Position numbers and translations under genes: made by a program. A DNA stretch of 63,976 nt, the filler included, from Craspedostauros australis (Eukaryota), in assembly GCA_030167865.1 (NCBI GenBank). It is 12 parts of 12 records of this genome, joined end to end, with 100 filler letters (N's around TTAATTAATTAA, not from the genome) between each part and the next. Parts side by side here need not be neighbours in the genome. Positions count along the whole stretch, not along the records: positions 1 to 10,839 come from JALAGF010001102.1; 11 more parts are not named here. The stretch is one strand, 5' to 3'. Every line of letters begins with the position of its first letter. The stretch's first letter is position 1. Below the pieces are notes generated by a model. It saw nothing but the letters and a program-made list of their open reading frames with translations. It ran no database searches and had not been told where the DNA came from. Below are positions 1 to 10,939 of this stretch, in pieces.

Positions 1-240
1 GATGTGCAACATCTGTGATGTCTACATCTGCAAGCAACACTGGGCTACATACCATGGTCAGGATCAGGGCTGACGAATTTTTTTTACTAGTAAAACCGTG
101 TGAATAAGAAGAATGGTTCCGAACTAGATTAAAAAAGAAAGCTTTCTGTCGTAGCTCCTGGTAGGGAAACCTCGTTCAAAATTTAACACGGGCCGAAAAA
201 AAAGGATATAATGAACGCGTTGGACCCGGGTCGTTAAGGG
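1..240 (+). mobile_element. Right end of a piggyBac-like DNA transposon (transposase C-terminus, 3' UTR, right TIR)
   Basis: 2-73 reads MCNICDVYICKQHWATYHGQDQG*, resembling the CxxCxVxLC...YH end of the piggyBac Cys-rich domain. A subterminal motif ggtagggaaacctcgttcaaaatttaacacgg (~160-190) is followed by the terminus ...cgggtcgttaaGGG(240)|ATAA. The same motif and terminus recur at 13057-13135 and ~34547-34628. Confidence 0.7.
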
Positions 241-470
241 ATAATATGTGCTCTGTGAGAATGGCATGGCTGACAGTACTCACCCACACCAATGGTGCGC
301 GCATGTGTGCGATCCTATTTTCCTCCGTGTAGCGTTTCCGATATCGACTCGTTCGACTACCGAATGGGTTCACTCGTTTTGGCGATTTCTGTCGGCGTGG
401 ACTTTCACATGTTCCTTTTGTCTTTGTTTGTTGCCTGGTTTGATCGTCTGAATCAACATCGTTTTGGGTT

Positions 471-600
471 CGCGCCAAAAGGTGAAAGATATTTAGCGGC
501 TTGTGGAGCTCGTGTCATACATGTACAACTAATACTGATCGTACGTACACAGTCACGAACTCCGTCATTCGATAAAAAATGGAAGAATTTGCCGCCAAAA
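471..600 (-). promoter_or_regulatory. Two E2F-like sites upstream of PCNA
   Basis: cgcgccaaaa (471-480) and gccgccaaaa (591-600) read TTTTGGCGCG and TTTTGGCGGC on the minus strand, matching TTTSSCGS. PCNA is a classic E2F target. Confidence 0.4.
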
Positions 601-852
601 GTTGGTGACGGAACACGAAACCAAAACAAGGAACAACAACAACGACGCGCACAAACCTCGCCACAAACAAACAACAACGGCCAAATCGCCAAATCATCGA
701 CACCGCCACCACGCCGCGTCAACCCACAATTGCACCACAATCGAACTCGTGTGACTATTCGTTCTGATCCTCGCATCCTCCCACAACATCACCACATCTG
801 TTGCAAAGCGAGGTTGCAGACTGCAATAAAACACTTCATTCGTCAACATCCA

Positions 853-910
853 CACAAGCACAAGCACAAGCACAAGCACAAGCACAAGCACAAGCACAAG
901 CACAAGCACA
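853..910. repeat. (CACAAG)n hexamer microsatellite in the PCNA 5' region
   Basis: About 9-10 perfect copies are directly visible. Confidence 0.95.
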
Positions 911-961
911 CACCCACAAGCATATCCATACCCACCAGTCCCAACGAAGAAACGATCCACC

Positions 962-2005
962 ATGTTCGAGGCCACGCTGAATCAAGGACGCATCATGAAG
1001 CAGATCATCGATTCTGTGAAGGATCTGCTGACCGACTGCAACCTGGACATCACGGAGGAAGAGATCTCCATCCAGTGCATGGACTCTTCCCATGTCTCCC
1101 TCGTGGCTGTGCGTCTCTCCGCAGAGGCGTTCGATCACTACCGATGTGACCGCCCCAATGCGCTAGGCATCAGCACGGTCAACCTCGCCAAGATCTTCAA
1201 AATGATGAACAATGACGACAGACTGACGCTGAAGGCAGAGGACGAAGGTGACAGCCTCGCCATGGTCTTCGAAGGCCAGACCAACGACACGATCGCCGAT
1301 TTCGGTAAGTTATGACATATGTGCACCGTGGACTGTGCACATGTGTACCGTGTGCAGTGCGCTGTGTACCGTGTACCTTGCATGCAATAGATGAAACACC
1401 CGCCATCGCAATGCCCAGCTCTTGGATCACTTCGCATCATTTCAACTAGACTCGCTTCGCAATTACGTCCCTCACAACGATCAATTGCATTGCATGACGT
1501 TGCTGCATGCTCTGGTTGCACCTTGTGAAACCGTTTCCAAAAACGACCATCCAACCACGAAACGTTCGCAGAGCTCAAACTGATGGACATTGAGAATGAC
1601 CAGCTCGGCATTCCAGACACACCGTACAAGTGCACTGTCAAGATGCCAGCGAAGGAATTCGAGCGCATCGTGCGTGATCTGCAAGTCCTTGGAGAGACCT
1701 GCACCATCAGCTGCAGCAAGGAGGGGATTCGGTTCAGCGTCAGCGGCAACCTGGGAACAGGCAACATATTAACTCGGGCGAATGCCAACGCGGAAAAGGA
1801 GAAGGACCGCGTGATGATCGAGATGGAGGAGCCTGTGGAATTGAACTTCGCCTTGCGGTACCTGAACTTCTTCACGAAGGCGACCAACCTTTCCGACAGC
1901 GTCATCATCAGCATGAGCCCGGAGGTGCCCGTCGTGGTGGAGTACCCCATTGACGAGATCGGCCACGTCAAGTTCTTCTTGGCTCCAAAGATCGAAGAGG
2001 GATAA
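962..2005 (+). CDS. PCNA: Proliferating cell nuclear antigen, 2 exons (962-1304, 1572-2005), 258 aa
   Basis: Motifs MFEATL, QCMDSSHVSLV, YRCDR, FALRYLNFFTKATNLS and KFFLAPKIEE. The intron GTAAGT(1305)...TTCGCAG(1571) splices to restore the conserved DFELKLMDI. Confidence 0.97.
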
Positions 2006-2327
2006 GCTGGCGCATCTGCATCCATGCTCATGAACAATCGTACGACGACGGCTCACCACCACCAATGGCAAAGTCGAACAGCAGCACACAAGGGAAAGAA
2101 AAACAAAGGCAGTATGATCAGTATCATATCATGTTGGACGAGCACCATACAAGCACCATACAGGCATCACACCAGTAAGAATAGTATTGTCGTATTATGT
2201 TCATTCCAGAGCGATCTGACCGCATGGTACTGGAAGCATCTCGCTTTGTCCATTGGTTCATCGCAGGTTTCACGACTCTCCACTGCACTGCACTGCACTG
2301 CGCGGTAACGCGTCACCGCTGATTCCT

Positions 2328-3269
2328 TCAATCCGCTGAGATGGTGTGGTAGTCATCTCCAAGCCACTCCAGCTCTTCCTGGGTGAACGTCTCCTTCATC
2401 TTGCGCACCAACGCCTCTGCCTGATCATCGGACATGAGCTCCTTCCATCCGCCTATGCTCCCCTTGCGGATGAATGGCGCATGTCCCACCTTGCGCTCGC
2501 TGGACCATCGCAGTGGATCCTTCTTCATGCTCGACAGCGACGTGTGCTCCAGGATGTCTGTCATCAGCTTGCCGTCGTCAACATCCAGCATGGCTGGAAG
2601 AGTCGCGCTGTCCAAGAACTTCGCGATATCACGTACGACTGCCTCCTGGTCACGCCTCAGATCTTCGTACTTGACCACTAGGACGTTATCGTCGTCGCGG
2701 TGGGCCATCCATGCCTTCAAAAAGTCAAAGTAGCTTCCAAAGTCCACCTCACCCTTCAGGAAGAGGTCGAAGAACACATCGAATGAACCATCCGCGAAGT
2801 TGTAGTGCTTTTCGAAACCCCGCGTGTGATGGAAGAAAGATACAACGACGTCTTTGGGGTTCCGGGTCACGATGACGTACTTTGCTTTGGCGCTGAGCGG
2901 CGTCATGGAACGTGGGAGATGGGTTTTGATGAGGCGGAAAGGAGCCGGTGCTTTTCCGTTGCTGGCGGGGTTCTGGATGCATGGCAGATTGGTGACAAAG
3001 TCGGCGCCGACTTCTTCGAGATGCGGGAAGATGTGATCCAACCGTTCGTCAGGCTGGATTGGAACTCCTTCGTTGAGCATCACGTACACGATGTGCTGAG
3101 TCAACGTGGTGCCACTTTTGGCGTAGGTGGCGATGAAGAGATCCTCCGGTTGTGCTTCGTACGTCAGACCGCTGATGAACCCATCGACAGGGAATCCTTT
3201 TGGCATGAGGAGACCATCGTGGCTGGTGTAAGTCGGCTTCAGATCCTTGTTGTCACCGTCGCTCGTCAT
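2328..3269 (-). CDS. Cytosolic PAPS-dependent sulfotransferase (Sulfotransfer_1 family), 313 aa
   Basis: 5'-PSB TYAKSGTT, KTH, 3'-PB RNPKDVVVSFF, and C-terminal RKGSIGGWK are all intact. Confidence 0.93.
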   Translation of the reverse strand: MTSDGDNKDLKPTYTSHDGLLMPKGFPVDGFISGLTYEAQPEDLFIATYAKSGTTLTQHIVYVMLNEGVPIQPDERLDHIFPHLEEVGADFVTNLPCIQNPASNGKAPAPFRLIKTHLPRSMTPLSAKAKYVIVTRNPKDVVVSFFHHTRGFEKHYNFADGSFDVFFDLFLKGEVDFGSYFDFLKAWMAHRDDDNVLVVKYEDLRRDQEAVVRDIAKFLDSATLPAMLDVDDGKLMTDILEHTSLSSMKKDPLRWSSERKVGHAPFIRKGSIGGWKELMSDDQAEALVRKMKETFTQEELEWLGDDYHTISAD

Positions 3270-3356
3270 GTTGGGTCAGTGCTGTTGTCGCTCGGACTCC
3301 AGAGGACTTCTCGTGCTGTTGGTATTGCTCGTCGCGCTTGTGTTGTTTGTTTTGTT

Positions 3357-3417
3357 TGTATTGCCTGTATTGCCTGTATTGCCTGTATTGCCTGTATTGC
3401 CTGTATTGCCTGTATTG
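3357..3417. repeat. (TGTATTGCC)n 9-bp tandem repeat
   Basis: About 6.5 perfect copies upstream of the sulfotransferase. Confidence 0.95.
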
Positions 3418-4123
3418 TTGATATTGGTGTAGTAGCCGTTGTAGTTGGTGTCGATTGGATTGTACATCATGGGTGCGAGAACGAACACAAACACCAACAC
3501 AAGTCTGGATACTCTGCGAATGACGAAACGCTCAGTATCCGCGGAACCGCGCATTTGGACGGACAGAACAGTGGCACGTTTGGCCAAGTCCAAACAAGAG
3601 GCCAGAATTGCGATTGGGTGGCAAAAGATCGCTTTTTGGATTCGGCAGATCGGAATTTCGGGTTCGCGACCATGGAAGTGCGCGTTGCTTTGGGAGATCA
3701 TGGGTGGGACCAACGAAACGGCAAATGGCGAAGGAAGAGACAAGCATGTACGACTACGCAGCGAGCGGACCAAATGACAATCGCAACATCAACAACAACA
3801 ACATCAACAACATCATCATCATCGACAGCCTCGACGACATTGGTTGATGAAAGAGTCACCTCACACGTATTACATATAATATTATAGAATAGAATACTAT
3901 TCTATATTAGTACGACGAAGATCACCAGTGGCAAACGCAATGCTGCTGCAACCCCGAAAGAGCTACGCTACTGACACGAACACCGCGACACAGGAGCAAG
4001 AGCGCCAGGGACGGCAGCACACCTACCGCAACGCCTTTTCGAGGAGCCTGTCTTCCTTGTCTGCCGATTTGGAGTAGGAACGTATACGACTAATACCATA
4101 CTTCGAGTCCGAGCACCAGTTGT

Positions 4124-7100
4124 ATGCATGGAAGCTCGGATAACATTCGCAGACACCAGAACACAACCACCATGCCTCGTTCCCGGAGCAACACGGCGGA
4201 GAACCCTCTTGCCAATGCGTCCACAGCCGCGTCCATAGCTGCGTCGACAGCTGCTTCTACCGGCGCGGTGGCATCGAAGCCTGATCCGATAGTGAGCATC
4301 GGATTGGGCATGGGTGGCAGGATGATCGGGGCAAGCAACCACAAGTTGCAGAAGCAGTACTCCGGCGTGTCTTCCACGCCACCGCAAACTCTATCCAATC
4401 CAGGCTCCAGGCACAAACGCAAAGAGTCCAGTGCTATGCTCCTTGCGGCCGCGATGCCCAACATCGAAGGGCCTACCTCCACGACAAAGGCGCTCATGGT
4501 ATCTGTCATCTGCCCACGGCGCATTGGTCACACAGTGACGATCGAAGCCCCCGACGACCCTCCTCAGACTAGCATGGTCAATAGCGATCAGCCCACACCA
4601 GGTGCAGATGGTGCCAACGAAGCCCATGAGACAAATAAAGCAACGAAGCAGCCACCGCCACCGCCACCATCGCAACCTGCAGACTTGGCATTGGGATTGG
4701 AATTGGCAGCAACGGAATCGGTAACAGCAACAGCAACCAACCCAAAGCCGAAGTCCGAAGTCAAGGGAATTCTGAGAAAGTCCACCTACAGCGATGTTGG
4801 CATGGCGGATGCCGCAGCATCCATTCCCTCCGATGATCCCAACTCTGCAACGTCGGAACCTACTCGTACACTAACGGGAGCTGCTGCAGCAGCTGGAACG
4901 ACCGCAGATATGGACGATCAACCATCCGAAATCGTTCCTCTCAAGTTGGATGCCGCGAACCATGTCTCTTACAGATCCACCGACGCTACTTCTGCTGCTT
5001 TGGCCTCTTCGACGGCAGCTGCAAATATCTCTGTTGGAGCCGCAACCGACGCAGTCCCATTTCATGAACCTCAGACACCTCCAGCCATTGCACAACGCAA
5101 GACCATCGTCAAGGAGACCAGTCAAGATTCCATCACGATAACTTCCGAAACGGAAGCAACCCCACGCGTTGGAAACAAAACGAAGAAACAGGTGCTCGAT
5201 GTTGGCGACGATTCCACAGACCTCATGATGCCACCCTTGCCTGCCCCTGACCTTCAACTGCCATCCAACAATGTTGCGGCAATGACACGCATGAAGACCA
5301 TCATCGAAGCCACGCCCAATACTCTGCAAGCACCCGATGATCCAACCAACCTCAAGTCCCAACATGAACCCAGCACGCCCGTCCAATCTGACACTCTGCC
5401 AACTCAGCAGCAAACGGCTCTCAATCCACCAAATCAAACTGGTGGCGAACGTGGCAGCGACAGCAACGGCGAAGCAATATCCATTCAACCCCCATCAGCG
5501 CAAGAGGAAGAAACCAAATCAAACGCCAAGGTTTCTGTCAACGAAGAAGTCGAACAGATCCATTTCCCACCCTACAGTGATGATTTAGGCGGCATTGCCC
5601 ATAATGACCAAGGTCAAAACCAAACTCAAGGAAACGGAGAAGGAGAAGACGAAGACCAAGGCGACCTGGTGGGCAACAGCATTGAAGATCGCAAGGTCAC
5701 TCCCGAAGAGGCGGCCGCTGTCACGCCCGGCGAACACCCGGACGAGAACGAGATTAACATGGAAGAGCTGTTGCGCATCACCTTCGACACCCTCCTTCGA
5801 GAATGGCACTTGCTCAACGTCCCCACCGTCGCCTTCGTCGATCATCAGAAGCTCCCCACGGACCTGGTGAACCCATACACCTACAGCAGCGAGGATCAGC
5901 GACAAGACGAAGGCAATTGGATGTCCCTTCAGGTGATGGTCCGCAACAGCTCCCTCGGCATCGTTCTCGAACGATTGGAGCGTATCGGGGTTGGTATCAT
6001 GTGCGGCACGGTCTCCATATTCAAGATGGAGCTTTGCAAGACCGCTTCTCCTTACGCGCACATCAAGGAGCAAGATGAACAGCAGCTCCAGCAACAACGC
6101 GAAGCAGAAGACATGTCCACCATCGGCAGCCTCACGCAAGCTGACGACATGTCTCTCGGTGGTGTTTCCCTGAAGGTGGCGACCGACAAGGCCATCGATG
6201 AAGCTGAGGATCGTGAAAAGGCCGAGGAAGCCGAGCGGATCCGGAATGAACGCATGATCGAGGCGGCCAGATCCGAGTGGAAGAATGCCGCGACACGATT
6301 GCGCATCGAACAGGTGCGGGAACAGATCGTGGAGCAGGCAGCATTCTCCTTTGATTTCATCAGCCTTCTGACCATCGCCAGCATCCTGGCTGGAGTTGGA
6401 CTGATTACGGACAACACGGTGGTGATCGTTGCGAGTATGCTGGTGTCGCCGATCATGGGGCCGGTGCTGGGGTTGACCTTCGGAAGCCGGATCAAAGACT
6501 GGCCGCTTGTGAGGGCATCCTTGTTCAACGAATGCCTCGCCCTGCTGGGGTGCGTCGTGGTGGGTGCGCTGGTCGGTGCATCATCTGCCTTCACCAAACT
6601 GGCAGACGATGACTGGCCGACCAACGAAATGGAGATTCGAGGGGAGACGACCGGGTTGCTGACTGGTATCGCCATCGCCATTCCTTCCGGCATGGGAGTT
6701 TGCTTGGGTATTCTGGGTGGCAACACCAGCAGTCTCGTGGGCGTCGCCATCTCAGCCTCTCTGCTGCCGCCGGCAGTCAACTCCGGAATCTGCTGGGTCT
6801 ACGCCATCATGCTCGAAACTGGCGCAACCACGTCCAACAGCGGCAAAGATGCCAGAGACTTTGCCGAAATCGGCGCCATCTCATTCTCCTTGACGGTTCT
6901 CAACATTGTCTGTATTTGGGCTGCCGGGATCATCATGTTCGAAATCAAGGAGGTGGCACCGACCACGGAGAAGAGCCCGTTCTGGGCACGCGACCTCAAG
7001 ATCGCTCGGGAACTCAACGACAACACCCGCGGCGAAAAGCCGCCGCCCATCAACATGAGCAAGATCCGAGAAGGTCTGAAGACGGCCCTCCGCCGTCGCA

Positions 7101-7510
7101 GACGCGCAGAGAAAAACATGGCTGGCGGTGCCAAGGTGTCGGAAGACATCGCGGACGGTAACGATGGCGACGATGATGACGATCGATCCCTGATCTCCGT
7201 TCGCATCAGACCCCTCCCGTTCCGACGAGGACTGCGGAGGAATCATTTCGGCCCAAGGCCACTGAACACGACCTGGAATCTCAACCCGCAGAAGAGTCCA
7301 CCCCCACCGACCGAGATCGAATTGTGGGAAGAAATGCCGTTCCACGATGCACCGGATCACGGTTTGGAGGATAACATACGATACGTGGGATTGGAGGACA
7401 TGGCAACCCTGCTGGGTTTCGACCAAGAAGACGATGAAGATGGGACATCGTATTTTGACATGGACCATCTGGCATTCGCGCAGCGTTATGGGCGTGGCCG
7501 GTACCTGTAA
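4124..7510 (+). CDS. DUF389 (TIGR00341-like) multipass membrane protein with a long low-complexity N-terminus; true start uncertain
   Basis: Motifs IASILAGVGL..DNTVVIVASMLVSPIMGP, LVGVAISASLLPPAVNSG and SLTVLNIVCI in a 1128-aa uninterrupted ORF. Confidence 0.85.
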   Translation: MHGSSDNIRRHQNTTTMPRSRSNTAENPLANASTAASIAASTAASTGAVASKPDPIVSIGLGMGGRMIGASNHKLQKQYSGVSSTPPQTLSNPGSRHKRKESSAMLLAAAMPNIEGPTSTTKALMVSVICPRRIGHTVTIEAPDDPPQTSMVNSDQPTPGADGANEAHETNKATKQPPPPPPSQPADLALGLELAATESVTATATNPKPKSEVKGILRKSTYSDVGMADAAASIPSDDPNSATSEPTRTLTGAAAAAGTTADMDDQPSEIVPLKLDAANHVSYRSTDATSAALASSTAAANISVGAATDAVPFHEPQTPPAIAQRKTIVKETSQDSITITSETEATPRVGNKTKKQVLDVGDDSTDLMMPPLPAPDLQLPSNNVAAMTRMKTIIEATPNTLQAPDDPTNLKSQHEPSTPVQSDTLPTQQQTALNPPNQTGGERGSDSNGEAISIQPPSAQEEETKSNAKVSVNEEVEQIHFPPYSDDLGGIAHNDQGQNQTQGNGEGEDEDQGDLVGNSIEDRKVTPEEAAAVTPGEHPDENEINMEELLRITFDTLLREWHLLNVPTVAFVDHQKLPTDLVNPYTYSSEDQRQDEGNWMSLQVMVRNSSLGIVLERLERIGVGIMCGTVSIFKMELCKTASPYAHIKEQDEQQLQQQREAEDMSTIGSLTQADDMSLGGVSLKVATDKAIDEAEDREKAEEAERIRNERMIEAARSEWKNAATRLRIEQVREQIVEQAAFSFDFISLLTIASILAGVGLITDNTVVIVASMLVSPIMGPVLGLTFGSRIKDWPLVRASLFNECLALLGCVVVGALVGASSAFTKLADDDWPTNEMEIRGETTGLLTGIAIAIPSGMGVCLGILGGNTSSLVGVAISASLLPPAVNSGICWVYAIMLETGATTSNSGKDARDFAEIGAISFSLTVLNIVCIWAAGIIMFEIKEVAPTTEKSPFWARDLKIARELNDNTRGEKPPPINMSKIREGLKTALRRRRRAEKNMAGGAKVSEDIADGNDGDDDDDRSLISVRIRPLPFRRGLRRNHFGPRPLNTTWNLNPQKSPPPPTEIELWEEMPFHDAPDHGLEDNIRYVGLEDMATLLGFDQEDDEDGTSYFDMDHLAFAQRYGRGRYL

Positions 7511-7708
7511 TTACCGACAGAACATTCGTACTACGAGTATCCGTATCATGACATGGTGCAATGGCATGCACGTACCGTCCTCCATTGACACCACACCCTC
7601 TAGGACGAGCACCACACTACTAGTATGCACGATTATGATCCTTTCTGTATCTATCTGGGCTAAGTCTCCATCGTCTCGACTTCAGAATTGCCTCCTCCCG
7701 ACAACAAT

Positions 7709-9807
7709 TCAGAACTCCTCATCGACAACATCCGCGTTGTATTCGTCTTCCTTCTTCACCTTTGGCGTCGCGTTCCCCATCACGCATCCCATGAGGATCA
7801 TCAACCCACCGACCATGCCGGACTTCGACAACATCTCGCCCATCGTCACGTACGCGAACGCCGCTCCCCACAGGGAGACGCTTGTCATAATGAGCGTGAG
7901 CTCTGATGCGGACACGACCTTCAGTGACACCGTCTCCAGGTACAGAGCCATGGCCGTTGATATCAACCCCGTCCACAGCAGGCATGCCACGATGAATGGG
8001 TCCGTGAACCACTCGACCCACTGGTAGTAGGAGAAAATGATGTCCTGCAGGTTGTTGTGCTCCAACAGCGCCCCGATCATGGCGTACACAGTCGATCCCA
8101 CCGCCACACCACCGACTTGGCCGACAGTTATCCGCCCCGATTGCGTCGGGTGGCTCTGCGACGCGTCTTCAAGACGCCAATAACCCACGCCAAAGAATAC
8201 GGTTTGCCCGAAGGCAAACAGATCTCCGATCGAAATGCTCAAACCAGCTGGGCCCAGTTCCAGAAGACCGACACCCAGGGTTGACAGCCCGACGGCCATA
8301 ACGTCATGCTTCTTCAGCAGCTTGTTCTTGAATGTTGCATCCAACAGAGGGACAACAACAACTGCGAGCGAATTGAAGAAGGCGCTCTGATCATTGTGAA
8401 AAGTGACGAAATTGAATCGGTGTTCATGGCAATAGCCATTGGTTGCGCAGTTGAATTGCATTGAATTGAGTTCAGTTGGGTGGAATGAAACACAAGTTCG
8501 GATGGTGATATTAGTGAGCGCAGGGCCAGCGAGGAAGCACCAACGAGCAATCAATAACACATTCCGTCGATCACATGCCGATAACATGCAGATCACAGAG
8601 ACACAGCTGTTTATCCGTCATCCAACACTGAAGACATTCAAAATCAATTCCAACTTACTTTGCCTGCTGCGACAGTCTCCAACCCCAGCGATTGGCACGT
8701 GTATCCCAAAAAGTACCAGAATCCAATTTCGGCGCCCGCCATCAGCCCGGCATGGCGTTCTCGCAGCAAGTGCTGCTGTTCAGCAACTGTTCTGCCGGAT
8801 GCATTCCTCGAGTCCTCAGAAGCTTCTCTGCCAAAAGTAGCGATGGAAACGGCTGCTGCTGCCAGGCTGAATCGCAGCGCCGCCGATATTTCCATCGGCA
8901 TCGCGACATCCAACATCTTGACGGTGGCAAAGTTGGTCCCGTAGATGGCGGAGGCAACGACGACAATGAGGCGACCGATGCGCAACGATGGCTTGTCAAG
9001 AACAGAAAGGCAGGAAGCGACGGCGACAAGCACCGTTCTCCAAAGTTCGGCAACGGCTGGTGTAGGGCCTCTCGATGCGAAATTCGCATTCTTGGAATCA
9101 AACTCGTGCGAGTCATGGGATGAAGATCGATTGCGACGTATCATGGCCTTGTTGGTTGGCACCAACTCGACTGATGATGGCGTGAGCAAAACCGAAGTGT
9201 CTCTCTGCGCATTCTCTTCATCGTACCTCGCGATGGCTTCGTCGTCCTTTCCAGGCGAAGACGAGTAGTCGGATGCAAGCAAAGCAATGTGATCAGGATG
9301 CGGCTTGTTCTGATGGCCGATCGCCACGGAAGACATGTTCAGCGATGCGGAAGAATCTGGCCGTGGATAGTCACCGGCTGGTTTGTTTGCATTGTCGGAT
9401 TTGGCAACATGCGATGGCGTTGCTATTGGTGCTGATGTTGCCGTTGCCGTTGCCGCTGAGCTTGATGCTACCCGACCGGATGCAAGAGCGGATCGTGCAC
9501 CAATGCGCGGTGAAGCACTGTTGCTGTTGCTGCTGCTATTCGTGTTGCCGTGAATGGTGCCTTGCACACCGCCTTGCACACCGCCTTGCACACCGCCTTG
9601 CATGCTGGTGACCGTCCCAACGCCACCGCTTGGAATGTTGCCATTGTTGGATGCGCCTGTCCCTCGTTTCTTTCCGAATCTCTGGGTGATGCTCGATCCG
9701 CTGTGAGGTGCAGCCGATGAAGGTGCTGATGATGGCATTTTTGTTGTTATTGTTGCTGCTCCTGTTGGTGGTGACCGAGTTGTTTGTGCTTGGACGGCGC
9801 GACACAC
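7709..9807 (-). CDS. EamA/DMT-family transporter, 2 exons (~9807 or a downstream ATG to 8659; 8386-7709)
   Basis: Motifs AIYGTNF, ALRFSLAA and GYTCQSLGL. The intron GTAAG(8658)...TCAG(8387) joins AAGK|SAFFNSLAVVVVPLL. A second EamA half contains LWTGLISTA...GE...GGLMILMG. Confidence 0.88.
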
Positions 9808-10520
9808 TCAGCTGGTTGGAACGAATGACGATGACCGCAGAAAAATGGCGGATGGACAGCCTGTATCCTTATCGCGGCGGTCCTCCAGTACTCCGGTGCG
9901 CAAGTGTCGCTCACAGCTCGTACGAGTACAGGCGTGTCGACGTTGAGCTGTATGAGCACAAACAGACGACGGCAGGCAGCGCATTCATCCCAGCAGAATT
10001 CGGAGGCGCAGAATTCCTTTCTGCCGTTGTGCGCACGTGAGGAGGGGTAGGCAACAGGCAGTCGCCTTGGTGGTTCGTCGGGATCGCGGCGAGCAACAGG
10101 ACATCAGCATCGAGGTCACCCGACGCAGCCAATGACCTCTGCTGCCTCAAGAAAAATGTGTGACGCAAGGGACATTTGTCAAACTGAAACAAGCTTCACA
10201 GGACTCATTCGTGACAGAATCGTGCTTGGATTTGCTCGATTTAACTTGCGTGATTGCGGTTGCCAAGGTGTCAACATCTAGATAGAAATTTAGTCTAACA
10301 TCAAACATGACTGGAACGTGATTAGACTCGATTGATAGTATAGTCGAATGAGTCTTGATGATGCAAATGGTGTTCGGGTTCTATTGTCATCAGGGACACG
10401 CGGCAAAATGTCGAGTATGACCCCAAAACCTCATGGCTTAAATACGAACGACAGTTTCAGTGACGTTTGATATTTATTTGGTCATCACGTCTAAATTGAT
10501 AGTATCATGCTGTCATGTGT

Positions 10521-10670
10521 CATTGTCGGGAATGTCGGGAATGTCGGGAGTTTTGTCGGGAATGTGGGGTGTCTTGTCGGGAATGTCGGGTGCTTTGTCG
10601 GGAATGTCGGGTGTGTTGTCGGGAATGTCGGGTGCGTTGTCGGGAATGTCGGGAATGTCGGGAATGTCAG
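10521..10670. repeat. TGTCGGGAA-based tandem array (mixed 9-bp and 12-bp units); related copy at ~15037-15095
   Basis: About 14 copies of TGTCGGG separated by AA or 5-nt spacers. Confidence 0.9.
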
Positions 10671-10839
10671 GATTCTCTCCNACACACACCCGCAGCTGAT
10701 TCAGCACAGCCCCTGGCGACGGACAGACGAAAGAATGAAGAAAACAAAAACGTGCGTCGTGGTAACAACAGACACAGTCACACAGAGTGCGAAACCGACA
10801 CGCTTGCGCTCATTTTGTGGATGTGCACTTGACTCAATG

Positions 10840-10939
10840 NNNNNNNNNNNNNNNNNNNNNNNNNNNNNNNNNNNNNNNNNNNNTTAATTAATTAANNNNN
10901 NNNNNNNNNNNNNNNNNNNNNNNNNNNNNNNNNNNNNNN
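10840..10939. other. Artificial contig-joining spacer (N44-TTAATTAATTAA-N44); also at 12957, 15924, 17066, 18791, 47116, 48691, 51831, 55323, 58815 and 62723
   Basis: Eleven identical 100-nt blocks containing a six-frame stop linker. Confidence 0.97.

Noticed and set aside
292..1149. 285-aa ORF with poly-HK, and similar ORFs over the 9-bp repeats
   Set aside because: These frames are kept open by microsatellites and overlap the PCNA promoter/CDS in another frame.
10884..10895. Recurrent TTAATTAATTAA as a biological motif or piggyBac TTAA target
   Set aside because: It is always centred in identical 100-nt N blocks and is an assembly linker with stops in all six frames.
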